From Gemmatimonadota bacterium (GTDB lineage: Bacteria > Gemmatimonadota > Gemmatimonadetes > Gemmatimonadales > GWC2-71-9): a stretch of 64,000 nucleotides of DNA. Positions 34,342 through 45,418 of the stretch are shown piece after piece. The position numbers were made by a program, and so were the translations under genes. The DNA lies in the NCBI GenBank assembly GCA_039586895.1, contig JBDHJM010000004.1, forward strand, positions 15,521 through 79,520, read 5' to 3'. The notes beneath the pieces were generated by a model. That model was not told where the DNA came from. It ran no database searches and saw only the letters and a list, made by a program, of their open reading frames with translations. The number at the start of each line of letters is the position of its first letter. The stretch's first letter is position 1.

Positions 34342-35405
34342 CGAGTAACCCGGCGAACCGCGCTTGGGTGGAGGTGGACCTGGGGAACCTGGTCGCCAAC
34401 GCGCGGACCGTGCTGGCTGCGGCACGGGGGGCGGCTCTCCTTCCCATGGTGAAGGCCGATGCCTACGGGCTGGGCGCCGTGGCGGTGTCCCGCGCGCTCG
34501 GCGCGGTCGATACGTGGGGCTACGGGGTCGCCACCGTGGACGAGGCGGTGCAGCTGCGGCAGGCGGCGATCCGACATCCCATCGTCGTGCTCACGCCCGC
34601 ACTCGCCGCGCAGCTCCCGGATTACCGCGAACACGACCTGCGCGCGGTGTTGGACGATCCCGCCGTGATCGAGCGGTGGGATCTGCCGTTCCATCTGGAG
34701 ATCGATACGGGCATGGCGCGCTGCGGCATTCGCTGGGACGACGCGGAGCGCATCGCGGCATGTGCCTCTCCCGTGCTGGAGGGGGCGTTCACGCACTTCT
34801 CCGCAGCCGACCGGGGGCCGGACGGCGTGGAGCTGCAGTGGACCCGCTTCGAGAACGCGCTGGCTGCGCTCGGCGAGCGCCCCCGGCTGGTGCACGCCGC
34901 AAACAGCGCCGGCGTGTGGCGGCTGCAGCGGCGGCTCGACCTGGCACGGCCGGGGATATTCCTGTACGGGGGGGAGCACGCCCCCGACCTGGATCCGCCA
35001 CGCCAGGTGGCCGCGCTGCGTGCCCCGGTAGTCAGCCTGCGGCAGCTGCCCCGGGGCGAGACGGTGAGCTACGGCGGCGACTGGGCGGCGCCCACGGACA
35101 CGGTGGTTGCGACGCTCGGCGTCGGGTACGCCGACGGAGTGCCGCGCGCAATGGCGGGGAAGGGCGAGGTGCTGCTGGGAGACCGGCGCCTGCCGTTGGT
35201 GGGCCGAGTCACCATGGACTTCGTGATGGTGGACTGCGGCCAGAACGGGGGGGGCGTGCGTGTGGGGGACGTCGCGACCCTGTTCGGCAGCGATGGTGAC
35301 GCCACGATCGGTCTCGATGAATTCGCGGGCTGGGCGGGAACGATCTCGTACGAGTCGCTCACCAGCCTGGGGCGGCGCGTGCCGCGCCTGCATCGCGGGA
35401 CCTGA
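34329..35405 (+). CDS. alr: Alanine racemase
   Basis: PLP-lysine motif (MVKADAYGLG) and C-terminal beta domain. GTG 34329 (alternative 34335), in frame within ORF 34155..35405. Confidence 0.9.
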   Translation: MNVSTSNPANRAWVEVDLGNLVANARTVLAAARGAALLPMVKADAYGLGAVAVSRALGAVDTWGYGVATVDEAVQLRQAAIRHPIVVLTPALAAQLPDYREHDLRAVLDDPAVIERWDLPFHLEIDTGMARCGIRWDDAERIAACASPVLEGAFTHFSAADRGPDGVELQWTRFENALAALGERPRLVHAANSAGVWRLQRRLDLARPGIFLYGGEHAPDLDPPRQVAALRAPVVSLRQLPRGETVSYGGDWAAPTDTVVATLGVGYADGVPRAMAGKGEVLLGDRRLPLVGRVTMDFVMVDCGQNGGGVRVGDVATLFGSDGDATIGLDEFAGWAGTISYESLTSLGRRVPRLHRGT

Positions 35406-36583
35406 TGCGGGCCGGACGAGTCGCACTGGTAGTGCTGGACGGCATGGGGATCGGCGCCGCGCCGGACGCGGCGGCGTACGGCGACGCCGGCAGCGACACG
35501 TTGGGCAACGTGGCACACGCCGTGGGCGGACTCGAGCTGCCGTATCTCGAGGCGCTGGGATTGGGCTGCTGCCGCCCACTGCATGGGATGCGCTGTGACC
35601 GGCCGCTGGCGGCCCACGGGGTGGCGCTCCCGAGCTCGGAGGGGAAGGACAGCACGACCGGGCACTGGGAGCTCTGCGGGCTGCTGCTGGAGCGGCCGTT
35701 CCCGACTTACCCGCAGGGGTTTCCGGCGGCCGTGATCGAAGCATTCGCGATCGCCACCGGGCGCGGAGTCATCGGCAACGTGACGGCGTCCGGCACTGCG
35801 ATCATCGAGCAGCTGGGCCCGGAGCACATGGAGCGGGGCGACTGGATCGTGTACACCTCGGCCGACAGCGTATTCCAGGTCGCCGCACACGAGTCGGTGG
35901 TGCCGCTGGAGGAGCTGTACGCGGCGTGCCGCGCCGCGCGGGATGAGGTGCTGGTGGGTGGGCACGCGGTGTCACGGGTGATCGCCCGTCCGTTCGTGGG
36001 GCAGCCGGGGGCTTTCCGGCGCACGCCCCACCGTCGCGATTTCTCGCTGGCGCCGCCCGCGGGGGGCCTGCTGGACCGGCTCGCCGAAGCCGACGTGGCC
36101 CGAATCGGGGTGGGAAAGGTGGATGACCTGTTCGCGGGACGCAGCATCACGAGTCGGCACACGTCCAGCAACGCGGAGGCGCTGCTGCTGGTGGAAGAAG
36201 CGCTGAGCGGGCTGGAGCGCGGCCTGGTGTTCGCAAACGCGATCGAGTTCGACCAGGAGTGGGGGCACCGCAACGACGTTGCGGGGTTCTACAGGGGGCT
36301 CGTGGAGCTGGACCGTGCCCTGCCTGCGCTCGTGGCCGCGCTCAAGGAGTGGGATCTGCTGATCCTGACCGCAGATCACGGCAACGATCCCACTACGGCT
36401 TCTACCGACCACTCGCGCGAGCAGGTGCCGATCCTGGTCGTGGGGCCTGGCGTGCGGCCGGTGCCGCTGGGGACCCGCGCCACCTTCGCCGACGTGGGCG
36501 CGACGATTGCTGAGTATTTTGCAGTCGGGCTGGAGGCGGGGACTTCGTTCCTCGCGGAGGTAGCACCGTGGACGACGAACTGA
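35405..36583 (+). CDS. deoB: Phosphopentomutase
   Basis: VLDGMGIG ... GSDTLGN N-terminus and TADHGNDP metal-site motif. TGATG junction with alr. Confidence 0.92.
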   Translation: MRAGRVALVVLDGMGIGAAPDAAAYGDAGSDTLGNVAHAVGGLELPYLEALGLGCCRPLHGMRCDRPLAAHGVALPSSEGKDSTTGHWELCGLLLERPFPTYPQGFPAAVIEAFAIATGRGVIGNVTASGTAIIEQLGPEHMERGDWIVYTSADSVFQVAAHESVVPLEELYAACRAARDEVLVGGHAVSRVIARPFVGQPGAFRRTPHRRDFSLAPPAGGLLDRLAEADVARIGVGKVDDLFAGRSITSRHTSSNAEALLLVEEALSGLERGLVFANAIEFDQEWGHRNDVAGFYRGLVELDRALPALVAALKEWDLLILTADHGNDPTTASTDHSREQVPILVVGPGVRPVPLGTRATFADVGATIAEYFAVGLEAGTSFLAEVAPWTTN

Positions 36584-36957
36584 TGGCGGCGGCCCGCTCC
36601 GCGCAGGCCCAGGCGCACGCACCCTACAGCGGCTTTCGCGTGGGGGCGGCACTCGAGGCCGACGACGGACGGGTGTTTGCCGGGGCCAACGTGGAGAGCG
36701 CTTCCTACGGACTTTCTGCCTGTGCGGAGCGCGTCGCGCTGGGCGCGGCGGTCACGGCCGGTGCGCGCAGCTTCCGCCGGCTCGTTGTCGTGACGGAGAG
36801 CGCAGTCGGTGCGTCGCTCTGCGGAGCGTGCCGCCAGGCGCTGGCGGAGTTCGGACTCGACCTCGCGGTGCGGGCCGTGGGGCGGGAGGGGTCGCGCAGC
36901 TGGCGTCTGGGCGATCTGCTCCCGGATCCCTTTGGACAGGAGGACCTGGCATCGTGA
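36568..36957 (+). CDS. cdd: Cytidine deaminase
   Basis: [19 protein letters not shown] and [11 protein letters not shown] zinc motifs. GTG 36568; alternative ATG 36583 would form a TGATG junction with deoB. Confidence 0.9.
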   Translation: MDDELMAAARSAQAQAHAPYSGFRVGAALEADDGRVFAGANVESASYGLSACAERVALGAAVTAGARSFRRLVVVTESAVGASLCGACRQALAEFGLDLAVRAVGREGSRSWRLGDLLPDPFGQEDLAS

Positions 36958-38240
36958 TCCGTCGATCGGGCGCGACTCTATGGTGGGTGTTTGCCGTGCT
37001 CGTGTTCGGGCTGGCGGCGGTCTCCGCGTGCAAGGAAGCGGTGACGGCCCCCGGGACGTGCCCCGAGTTCTGTCCTTCCCGGCGGGTCGAGGCGTTCGAC
37101 AGCGTATTCGCCGGGAGCATCGTGCGGGACTCCTCCTACCGCGGCTACATACTCGGGTATCAGGCGCCCTTGATGCAGGTCGTCACCGAGGGCTCGGCGC
37201 CCGAGAGCCGGTCGGTCATCAGGTACATCGCTTTCCAGGACACGATCCCCAACAAGGAGATCATCTCCAGGGACTCGTTCGAGATCGAGCTGCAGATCGT
37301 GGGTCTTTCCGACCCTTCGGACAGCCTGGAGCTGCGGGTGCACCGGCTTCCCGTTACGGTGGACACCGGGACGACGTGGGCCGAGGCGGATCCCTATTTC
37401 GACGACAGCACCCTGGTGGCGACGATCGCGCTGCCGGACACGATCGTGGTGGACGAAAACACCGCCGTGACGGTCTCGGCGGCGATGCCGCTGTCGGCGT
37501 TCCCCACGTTCGAACAGGACGGCAACGTGGCGGCGGTGGGCGTCAGCCTGCGGGCGACGGCCGAGGGCTACGTCGACATCGGGACGGACGAGGGCGTGCG
37601 GCCATCGCTGCTCCTGCGCTGGTTCACCACAACGGACACGACGATCCTCGATTCCATAGCGCTCGACTCGCTGGGGCTCGAACCCGAGGACTCGCTGGTC
37701 ATCGACACCGTGGCCCAGAGCGAGGCTCGGCTGCCGGAGATGGACAAGTTCGTGGCTCTCCCCTGGGCCGCCGAAGACCCCGACGCCAATCCGGTTGGAG
37801 GGTCGCCTTCCGCGCGTGCGCTGCTGCGGGTCGATCTCCCGGATCTGGTGATCGACTCGTCGGAGATCTCCCGCGCGACGCTGATCCTGGTGCCGTCGGA
37901 GCCCGTGCTCGGGGCGCCAACGGACACGGTGCGGCTGCGGGCCGACTTCCTGACCGCTGACGTGGGAGCGAAGTCTCCGGTGCTCGCTCTCGCGGACACG
38001 TTCTCGATTGGGGCGGTCGACATTCCGGTGGGGTGGGATGACACGGTGCGGTTAGAGGTGACGCACATCCTCAGTCCGCTGCGCGTCGACTCGCTGCTCC
38101 CAGCCGCGATCGTTCTGCGTCTGGTGCCGGAAGGCGGTGTTGTGGGTGAGGCCAGGTTCTGGTCCGACCGCGCGCCGGCGGGCTCGGCATCGCTGCAGGT
38201 CACCTACACCCCGGTGGTGCCGCGGAGCGAGAGCCAATGA
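36954..38240 (+). CDS. Lipoprotein of unknown function
   Basis: Signal plus lipobox-like [16 protein letters not shown], 428 aa, beta-rich and Asp/Thr/Val-rich, with no motif I recognise. GTGA overlap with cdd. Confidence 0.55.
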   Translation: MIRRSGATLWWVFAVLVFGLAAVSACKEAVTAPGTCPEFCPSRRVEAFDSVFAGSIVRDSSYRGYILGYQAPLMQVVTEGSAPESRSVIRYIAFQDTIPNKEIISRDSFEIELQIVGLSDPSDSLELRVHRLPVTVDTGTTWAEADPYFDDSTLVATIALPDTIVVDENTAVTVSAAMPLSAFPTFEQDGNVAAVGVSLRATAEGYVDIGTDEGVRPSLLLRWFTTTDTTILDSIALDSLGLEPEDSLVIDTVAQSEARLPEMDKFVALPWAAEDPDANPVGGSPSARALLRVDLPDLVIDSSEISRATLILVPSEPVLGAPTDTVRLRADFLTADVGAKSPVLALADTFSIGAVDIPVGWDDTVRLEVTHILSPLRVDSLLPAAIVLRLVPEGGVVGEARFWSDRAPAGSASLQVTYTPVVPRSESQ

Positions 38241-39364
38241 GGCGCGCCGCCGCACTGTTGATCGTGCTCCTGGCTGCGGCTTCGGATCTCGGGGCGCAGA
38301 CGTCGCTGTACGGAGTGCTCGGACTGGGCTACCCGGGCCGGCCCAGCGGAGCCCGCTCCCGGATACTGGGCAGCGGTCCCGACGGGATCGACCGCGAATC
38401 GGCCCTCAACCCGGCGGCCATCGGCGAGATCTCGCGGCTGGCCATCGTGGCGACCTCGCTCGCTTCGTTCCGCAACTACGAGATCGATACCGTCGTCGTC
38501 AACGATCTGCGCGACACGCGGTTTCCTTACGCGTCCGTGGCCGGTGTGATTCCCAAGACTCCGGTGACCTTCGCGGCCAGCTACTCGATCTACGCCGAGC
38601 GCACCTACGACCTCGTCAACGAGGGCACGATCGAGCTGCGGGGCGATTCGGTTGACATAGTGGACAACGTGACGTCGGACGGCGCCATCGCGGATCTCCG
38701 CGCCGCACTGGGCTGGGACCTGAACGGGTGGCTGGTGCTCGGGGCGGGGTTCCACATACTGACGGGATCCACGCATGAGACCCTGACGCGGCTGTACTCG
38801 GACACCACGAACTACCTCCCGCTGAACGCCAGGAGCCAGGTGAGCTACTCGGGGCTCGGCGTCTCCGCCGGGGTCCTGCTGTCTCCGTTCCGCCGGTTGC
38901 TGATAGGCGCGTCGTTCCGCAGCGACGGCAACCTCGACGTCACGCGCGACTCGGTACCCGGCGGGACGGTCAACCTGCCGATGACGATATCGGGCGGCGT
39001 CGAGTACCGCCCCTGGCCCAAGATCCTGTTCGCCACGACGGTCGTGTGGCGCTCCTGGTCGGATGCCAACGAGGGAATGTCGTCCGACGCCGACACGGCG
39101 TTCGACACGTGGGAGATCGGTGCCGGTGTGGAGCTGAACCGCACCGGGACGATTCCGGTCCGGCTGGGGTTCCGCTACGCGCAGCTGCCCTTCAGCCCCA
39201 CCGCCGAGCAGCCGCGCGAGATAGACCTCTCGCTGGGGACTGCCTTGCGCCTCGCACAGGGGCGCGCCGCCATAGACATGGGAATCGAGCGCGCCATGCG
39301 GGATGGGGGCGGGGCCAGCGAGCGGGCGTGGCAGATCTCGCTGGGGCTCCTTCTCCTGCCGTGA
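38237..39364 (+). CDS. Outer-membrane beta-barrel protein (FadL/TodX/PorV-like pattern, putative)
   Basis: Signal peptide (LLIVLLAAASDLGAQ), an N-terminal G..G......ALNPAAIGEI pattern reminiscent of FadL-type barrels, and alternating amphipathic strands. ATGA overlap with the lipoprotein gene. Confidence 0.5.
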   Translation: MRRAAALLIVLLAAASDLGAQTSLYGVLGLGYPGRPSGARSRILGSGPDGIDRESALNPAAIGEISRLAIVATSLASFRNYEIDTVVVNDLRDTRFPYASVAGVIPKTPVTFAASYSIYAERTYDLVNEGTIELRGDSVDIVDNVTSDGAIADLRAALGWDLNGWLVLGAGFHILTGSTHETLTRLYSDTTNYLPLNARSQVSYSGLGVSAGVLLSPFRRLLIGASFRSDGNLDVTRDSVPGGTVNLPMTISGGVEYRPWPKILFATTVVWRSWSDANEGMSSDADTAFDTWEIGAGVELNRTGTIPVRLGFRYAQLPFSPTAEQPREIDLSLGTALRLAQGRAAIDMGIERAMRDGGGASERAWQISLGLLLLP

Positions 39365-40608
39365 CGCGGGTCTTCCTACACACCTTCGGCTGCAAGGCCA
39401 ACCAGTACGACACCGAGGTTCTGCGCCAGGCCCTAGAGTCCGTGGGCGCCGCCGTGGTGGACGACCCGGGCGCGGCGGACGCCGCCGTCGTGAACTCCTG
39501 CACGGTGACGCACGTGAGCGAGGCGAAGATGCGCGGGCTGGTGCGGCGCCTGGCCCGCCGCAACGAGGCCGTGCGCACTGTGGTGACCGGCTGCGCCGCG
39601 GCGCTGGATGAAGGCGCCATCGCAACGCTCCCCGGCGTGGTGGGTGTCGTGGGCGGCGCCGACCCGGGGCGCGTCCTCGAGCTGCTGGGCCTGCCGAGCG
39701 AGGGCGTCGATCCGGTGCTGCGCACTTTCGGGCGCGGATCGCGGGTCTGGCTCAAGGTCCAGGACGGATGCGACGAGCACTGCACCTTCTGCGCGACCAC
39801 GCTGGCACGCGGCGCCAGCCGATCGCGCCCGGTGGACGAGGTGGTGCGGGAGGCTGCCGCACTCGCCGCCGGTCACGAGGAGCTGGTCCTCACCGGAGTG
39901 CACATCGGGAGCTACGGAAGCGATCTCGCCGAATCGGTGGCGCTGAGCGGGCTGGTCGAGCGGATCATCACCGCGGTGCCGCGAGTGCGGGTCCGCCTTT
40001 CCTCGCTCGAGGCGACCGAAGTGGACGACCGGCTCGCGGCGCTGATGGTGGACGCGCCGGACCGCCTGGCACCCCACCTCCACGCGCCGCTGCAATCGGG
40101 GAGCGACCGGCTGCTCAAGCGCATGGGACGGCATTGGTACACGGCCGAGTCTTACCGGCGCCGCGTCGAATGGCTGGCGGGACGGCTGCCTGCGTTTGGG
40201 CTGGGCGCCGACGTGATGGTCGGCTTCCCGGGCGAGACGGCCGCGGACCACGAAGCCACGCGTGCCCTGGTTGCGGCGCTGCCGTACACCTACCTGCACG
40301 TGTTCCCTTACTCCGAGCGGCCGGGCTCCGCGGCAGTGCAGCTGGGCCGCCCCGTGGATCCGGGGACGCAAACGGAGCGCGCCGCGGAGCTGCGCAACCT
40401 CGCCGCCGGGAAGGGGGAAGCGTACCGCGCCCAGCGCGGCGGCGGCCGTGCGGACGTGGTGCTGCTGCGGCGCTCGGCTGGTTGGTTCGAGGGCCTCACC
40501 CAGGACTATCTTGCGGTGTACATCCCCGGCGACTGCGTCGTCCCGGGCCGCTTTGGCGCCACGCTGCACCTGGCGCCCGACGGTACGCTGCAGGCCGAGC
40601 CTCTATGA
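39361..40608 (+). CDS. mtaB: MiaB-family radical SAM methylthiotransferase, MtaB-type
   Basis: UPF0004 N-terminal domain (HTFGCKANQYDTE ... NSCTVT) and radical SAM CDEHCTFC. GTG 39361 overlaps the previous stop. Confidence 0.8.
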   Translation: MTRVFLHTFGCKANQYDTEVLRQALESVGAAVVDDPGAADAAVVNSCTVTHVSEAKMRGLVRRLARRNEAVRTVVTGCAAALDEGAIATLPGVVGVVGGADPGRVLELLGLPSEGVDPVLRTFGRGSRVWLKVQDGCDEHCTFCATTLARGASRSRPVDEVVREAAALAAGHEELVLTGVHIGSYGSDLAESVALSGLVERIITAVPRVRVRLSSLEATEVDDRLAALMVDAPDRLAPHLHAPLQSGSDRLLKRMGRHWYTAESYRRRVEWLAGRLPAFGLGADVMVGFPGETAADHEATRALVAALPYTYLHVFPYSERPGSAAVQLGRPVDPGTQTERAAELRNLAAGKGEAYRAQRGGGRADVVLLRRSAGWFEGLTQDYLAVYIPGDCVVPGRFGATLHLAPDGTLQAEPL

Positions 40609-41927
40609 AGCGCGTCTACGTCGAGACCTACGGCTGTCAGATGAACGTGGCCGACTCGGAAGTGATCCTGGGTCGCCTGGCGCGTGAGGGCTACGCCACC
40701 ACGGACGACCCAGCTGCCGCCGACGTCCTCCTCGTGAACACCTGTGCGGTGCGTGAGAACGCCGAGCAGCGCGTGATCGGGCGCATGGGCGAGCTGAAGC
40801 GGCACAAGCGGCCCGGCGTGGTGCTCGGCGTGGTCGGCTGCATGGCGCAGCGGTTGGGCAGCCGCCTGCTCGAAGAGGCTCCGCACGTGGATCTGGTTGT
40901 GGGCCCCGATGGCTACCGCGGGCTCCCCGAGCTGGTGGCCGCCGCTTCCGACGGCTCACCCCGGGTGGACGTCGAGTTCAAGTCGTGGGAGCACTACGAG
41001 GACATCCCGCCGCGGCGCGCCGGAGAGCGCGTGGGAGCGTTCGTCACGGTGCAGCGCGGCTGCGATTACCGGTGCACGTTCTGCATCGTTCCGATGACGC
41101 GCGGCCGGGAGCGCAGCCGCAACCTGTCCGACGTGGTGCGCGAGGTGGGCGACCTCGCCACGCAGGGCGTTACCGAGGTGACCCTGCTGGGCCAGACGGT
41201 GAACAGCTATCACGACGGAGAACGTGACTTTGCCGATCTGCTGCGGGCAGTGGGCGCCGTACCCGGCATCCGCCGCGTGCGCTTCACGAGCCCGTATCCC
41301 AACGACTTCACGCCGCGGGTCGTCGAGGCGATGGCGCAGGTCGAAGCCGTGTGCGAACACGTGCACCTGCCGGTGCAGAGCGGATCTTCCAGTCTGCTCA
41401 AGCGCATGGGCCGCCGCTACACTCGTGACCAGTATCTGGAGTGCGTGGACCGGCTACGCGCTGCGGTGCCGGACCTCGCCGTCACCACGGACGTCATCGT
41501 GGGCTTCCCCGGCGAGACCGAGGAAGACTATCGCGAGACCGAGAGCCTCGTGCGGGAAGTCGGGTTCGACGACGCGTTCACGTTCCGCTACTCCCCGCGC
41601 GAGGGCACCGGCGCGCTCAAGCTGCCCGACCCGGTACCCAATGAAGTGGCCGGCGAGCGGCTGGAGCGTCTCATCGGGGTGGTGCGGGAGGTGGCACGAC
41701 GCAAGAACGTGCATCTGGTGGGGAGCACCCACGAGGTGCTCGTGGAGAAGGTGGCCCGCCGGGGGGCGCTCTTGCAGACTCGGACCCGAACCAACAAGAT
41801 CGTGTTGGTGGACGGGCCGCCCGACTGGATCGGCAGCTACCGGATGGTCCGCCTTGCCGGGACTACCGGCGCGACTTTCACGGGTGCGCCCGTGCAACCA
41901 ACGAGGGAGTTGGCCATCGTGGGGTGA
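40605..41927 (+). CDS. miaB: tRNA-2-methylthio-N6-dimethylallyladenosine synthase MiaB
   Basis: ETYGCQMNVADSE ... NTCAVRE, radical SAM CDYRCTFC, and a TRAM C-terminus. ATGA overlap with mtaB. Confidence 0.93.
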   Translation: MKRVYVETYGCQMNVADSEVILGRLAREGYATTDDPAAADVLLVNTCAVRENAEQRVIGRMGELKRHKRPGVVLGVVGCMAQRLGSRLLEEAPHVDLVVGPDGYRGLPELVAAASDGSPRVDVEFKSWEHYEDIPPRRAGERVGAFVTVQRGCDYRCTFCIVPMTRGRERSRNLSDVVREVGDLATQGVTEVTLLGQTVNSYHDGERDFADLLRAVGAVPGIRRVRFTSPYPNDFTPRVVEAMAQVEAVCEHVHLPVQSGSSSLLKRMGRRYTRDQYLECVDRLRAAVPDLAVTTDVIVGFPGETEEDYRETESLVREVGFDDAFTFRYSPREGTGALKLPDPVPNEVAGERLERLIGVVREVARRKNVHLVGSTHEVLVEKVARRGALLQTRTRTNKIVLVDGPPDWIGSYRMVRLAGTTGATFTGAPVQPTRELAIVG

Positions 41928-42193
41928 AGAATCTCGTCGAAGATCTAGCGCTCAAGGAGTACGAGCATCTGGCGCCCACCGTCGAGGGTTTCTGCGGCTG
42001 CGAGATGTGCCGCGAGGACGTGTTGGTGTTCGCGTTGAACCGGATCAGGCCGCTCTACGTGGCGCAGCCCACCGGAGAGGCGCTGGTGCACGTGCAGATG
42101 CAGGCGGAGCAGCAAACTGCGGACCTCTCGGTCGCGCTGCTGGACGGCTTTCGCAAGGTGAAGGCGGCGCCTCGAAAGGGGCACCCGAAGTAG
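41924..42193 (+). CDS. comFB: ComFB-like (late competence development protein family) small protein
   Basis: 89 aa. The pattern NL.E.LV.E....L......FCGCEMCREDVLVFALNRI.P.Y matches the ComFB family. GTGA overlap with miaB. comEC follows 13 nt downstream. Confidence 0.68.
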   Translation: MKNLVEDLALKEYEHLAPTVEGFCGCEMCREDVLVFALNRIRPLYVAQPTGEALVHVQMQAEQQTADLSVALLDGFRKVKAAPRKGHPK

Positions 42194-42206
42194 GAGCTCG
42201 GCGGCG

Positions 42207-44507
42207 GTGACGCCGCCCGTGGTTTGGCTGACAGCTGCTTACGGGGCCGGTCTCTGGACCGGCCTCGTATTTTTGCTCCCCGCGGCAACGCTGTGGGCCG
42301 TGGGGATGGGGGGCGGGGCTCTGGCCGTGCGGCGCGGTTTCGCGGGTCCGCTGCTCCTGGCCGCTGCCTTGGGTGGGGTGACGGGCGCGCAGCGCGCGGC
42401 CCAGCGCGCGGCAAGCTGCCGGGAGCGCTGGAGCCCTGCCTCTCGGGCCGCAACCGTGATGGTGCACGACGCGGCCGGGCCGCGGCGAGTTACCCGGGCC
42501 ACGGTGGTGTCCGACCCCACGGGGTGCGTGGGACAGGTGATGCTGCGGCTGCCCCGACACTCGCCGCCGGCGGGGAGCAGGGTGGTGGCTGTGGGCGTGT
42601 CGCGGGCGCACGGGATACTGCAGGCGGATCACGTGCGGGTCCTGGATGCGCCGCGTGCGTGGCGCTTCGCCCTGCGGGAGCGGATCGCCCGCCGGCTGCG
42701 CGTCCTCTACGGCGAGCGTGCCGGCTTGCTCGAGGCCCTGGTGCTGGGCCGGCGTGACGATCTCGAGCCCGCCCTCCGAGCGGTCTTCGCCGAGGCGGGG
42801 CTGGCGCACCTGCTGGCGATCTCCGGGCTGCACGTCGGCATAGTCGCGGCCTGGGTGGTGGCGCTCGCGTCCCTGGTGGTGCCGCGCCGGCCGGCCTGGA
42901 TTGCGAGCGCCGCCGTCACATGGGGCTACGTGGCGCTGCTCGGATTCCCTCCGCCCGCCACCCGCGCCGCCGGTTTCGTGACGCTGCACGCCGCCGCCCG
43001 CCTGGTGCAGCGTCACCCGCCGGGCGCAGCGGTCCTCGCCGTGGCCGTGCTGCTGGTCCTGCTCATCGAGCCCGATGCCGTGAGCGCTGTGGGTGCCTGG
43101 CTCTCCGTCGCGGCGGTGTGGGGCACCGGTGTGGCCGGCAGGGCGCTTCCCGCCCGACTCCGGAGGGTAGCGCCGGCGCGCCTGGCGGCCGCTTCGCTGG
43201 GGGCCACGCTGGCCACCGCCCCGATCACCGCGCTCGCTTTCGGGGCCGTGGCCCCGATAGCCGTGCCCGCCAACCTGGTGGCGGTGCCGCTGGCCGGGCT
43301 GGTGGTTCCGGGCGTGATGGCGAGCCTCGTGGGTGGGCAGGTGCTGGCGGGTGGGGCGGGGCTCGCGCTGGCGGCGCTCGAGCAGGTTGCACGGGCCGCC
43401 GCCGCAGTGCCGTACGGCCACCTGAGCGGGCCCGCCGGCGCGGCCTTTGCGGCGCCCTGGGCCGCCGCGGTCGTCGGCGCCCTGTGGCTGATCCGACGGC
43501 GCCCCCGCTGGGCCGTGCTGAGGCTGCGGATGCTCACGCTGGTTGCGGCCGCGTGCTGGATCCTGGCGGGGCTCGATCTGGGCCGCGGCCCGGGCCGGCG
43601 CCGGGATCTGGCACTCCACTTCTTGGATGTGGGGCAGGGCGACGCGATCGCGATCCGCACCCCCCGCGGCCGCTGGCTGCTGGTGGACGGAGGCCCGCTG
43701 GGTCGGGGTGGTGACGCCGGGCGCCGGGTGGTGCTGCCGTTCCTCAGGCGCATGCGCGCCGAGCGCCTCGCCGCCGTCGTGCTGTCGCACGGAGACGCCG
43801 ATCATCTGGGCGGCATCCCGGCCGTCCTCGCGGGTGTTAGGGTCGGGCGCGTGCTGGAGCCCGGCCAGCCGCTCGGCACGGGACTGTACCTGGAGTATCT
43901 GGCCGCGGTGAGCGACGGCGGAACACCCTGGCAGCCGGCCCGCGCCGGCGACACCCTGGTCTTGGACTCGGTGGTGATCGCGGTGCTGCACCCGTCGGCG
44001 CGGTGGCTGGAACGGCAGGTGGTGCCCAACGAGAACTCGGTCGTGCTGAAGCTGTCCTACGGCTGCTTCGAGGCGGTGCTCTCCGGCGACATCGGCCGCC
44101 CGGCGGAGGCGGAGCTGCTCGGGACGGTGGGAGCCGCCGACCTGCTCAAGGTGGGCCACCACGGTTCCGCGGGGAGCACTACGCCCGAGTGGCTCGTCGC
44201 GGTGAACCCCAAAGCGGCCGTTATCAGTGTCGGGCCCAACGGATACGGGCACCCGGCTCCCGCAGTGATGGACCGGCTGGCGCGGCGCGGCGTCCCCGTG
44301 TGGCGCACGGATCGCGGCGGCACGGTAACGGTTCGCACAAACGGGCGCTATTTTACGGTCGGGCAGGGAGAGCGGACCTCAGTGTGGGAGGGGCTACGGT
44401 GCCGGATGGATCACTGGTTACGATCGAGCGCTTCATCCTCGAGCAGGAGCGGCTGCACCCCGAGGCTACCGGTGAGCTTACCCAGCTGCTCTACGACATC
44501 GCCCTAG
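42207..44507 (+). CDS. comEC: DNA internalization-related competence protein ComEC/Rec2 (with metallo-beta-lactamase domain)
   Basis: Polytopic competence domain ([10 protein letters not shown]) and a C-terminal MBL domain ([26 protein letters not shown]). The ORF reads 109 nt into fbp before its TAG. Confidence 0.88.
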   Translation: MTPPVVWLTAAYGAGLWTGLVFLLPAATLWAVGMGGGALAVRRGFAGPLLLAAALGGVTGAQRAAQRAASCRERWSPASRAATVMVHDAAGPRRVTRATVVSDPTGCVGQVMLRLPRHSPPAGSRVVAVGVSRAHGILQADHVRVLDAPRAWRFALRERIARRLRVLYGERAGLLEALVLGRRDDLEPALRAVFAEAGLAHLLAISGLHVGIVAAWVVALASLVVPRRPAWIASAAVTWGYVALLGFPPPATRAAGFVTLHAAARLVQRHPPGAAVLAVAVLLVLLIEPDAVSAVGAWLSVAAVWGTGVAGRALPARLRRVAPARLAAASLGATLATAPITALAFGAVAPIAVPANLVAVPLAGLVVPGVMASLVGGQVLAGGAGLALAALEQVARAAAAVPYGHLSGPAGAAFAAPWAAAVVGALWLIRRRPRWAVLRLRMLTLVAAACWILAGLDLGRGPGRRRDLALHFLDVGQGDAIAIRTPRGRWLLVDGGPLGRGGDAGRRVVLPFLRRMRAERLAAVVLSHGDADHLGGIPAVLAGVRVGRVLEPGQPLGTGLYLEYLAAVSDGGTPWQPARAGDTLVLDSVVIAVLHPSARWLERQVVPNENSVVLKLSYGCFEAVLSGDIGRPAEAELLGTVGAADLLKVGHHGSAGSTTPEWLVAVNPKAAVISVGPNGYGHPAPAVMDRLARRGVPVWRTDRGGTVTVRTNGRYFTVGQGERTSVWEGLRCRMDHWLRSSASSSSRSGCTPRLPVSLPSCSTTSP

Positions 44508-45418
44508 CGGCCAAGGTCATCTCGGGGTACGTGCGCCGCGCCGGGCTGGTAGACGTGCTGGGCGCGTTCGGAAAGACCAACGTGCAGGGCGAAGAGCAGC
44601 AGAAGCTGGACGTCATCGCCAACGAGACGATGATCCAGTCGGTCGCCTACACTGGACGGGTGTGCGTGATGGCGTCGGAGGAAGACCCCGAGCCGTTACC
44701 CATTCCGGAGGAGTACAACCCCGGCAAGTACGTGCTGCTGCACGACCCGCTGGACGGCTCGTCCAACATCGACGTGAACGTCAGCATAGGCACCATCTTC
44801 TCGATCCACCAGCGCGTGACCAAGCGCGGCCCGGGGACCCTGGAGGACTGCCTGCAGAAGGGACGCGGGCAGATCGCCGCCGGTTACGTGATCCACGGGT
44901 CCAGCACGGTGCTCGTCTACACGGTGGGCCACGGCGTGCACATGTTCACCCTGGACCCCACCATCGGCGAGTTCCGGCTGTGCGACCACGACATCAAGAC
45001 GCCGGCCGTTGGTAAGTACTACAGCATCAACGAGAGCTACTACCAGCGCTGGTCCGAGGGTTACCGGACGGTGGTGCGCGCGTTCAAGGGCGTGGAGGAC
45101 ACACAGCACAGGAAAAATGCGCGTTACATCGGCTCGCTCGTGGCCGACTTCCACCGCAACCTGCTTTCGGGCGGGGTATTCATGTACCCGGCCGACTCCA
45201 AGGCGCCGCTGGGCAAGCTGCGCCTGCTGTACGAGGCGAGCCCGCTCGCCTTCATCGCAGAGCAGGCCGGCGGGGCGGCGTCCGACGGAAAGACCCCCAT
45301 CCTGGACGTCGAGCCCACCGAGCTGCACCAGCGCACCCCGCTGCTCATCGGCTCCAGGGACGACGTGGCGTTCGTGGAGCAGACCGTCGCCGAGGTCGAC
45401 GCCCTGGCGGCATCGTGA
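44399..45418 (+). CDS. fbp: Fructose-1,6-bisphosphatase class 1
   Basis: ERFILEQ...[18 protein letters not shown] and [10 protein letters not shown] motifs. GTG 44399 is the only usable start upstream of the conserved N-terminus. Confidence 0.9.
   Translation: MPDGSLVTIERFILEQERLHPEATGELTQLLYDIALAAKVISGYVRRAGLVDVLGAFGKTNVQGEEQQKLDVIANETMIQSVAYTGRVCVMASEEDPEPLPIPEEYNPGKYVLLHDPLDGSSNIDVNVSIGTIFSIHQRVTKRGPGTLEDCLQKGRGQIAAGYVIHGSSTVLVYTVGHGVHMFTLDPTIGEFRLCDHDIKTPAVGKYYSINESYYQRWSEGYRTVVRAFKGVEDTQHRKNARYIGSLVADFHRNLLSGGVFMYPADSKAPLGKLRLLYEASPLAFIAEQAGGAASDGKTPILDVEPTELHQRTPLLIGSRDDVAFVEQTVAEVDALAAS

Noticed and set aside
42045-44252. 735-aa ORF on the minus strand
   Set aside because: It is antisense to comEC and has an extreme Arg/Pro/Gly composition with no motifs. 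It is a shadow ORF.
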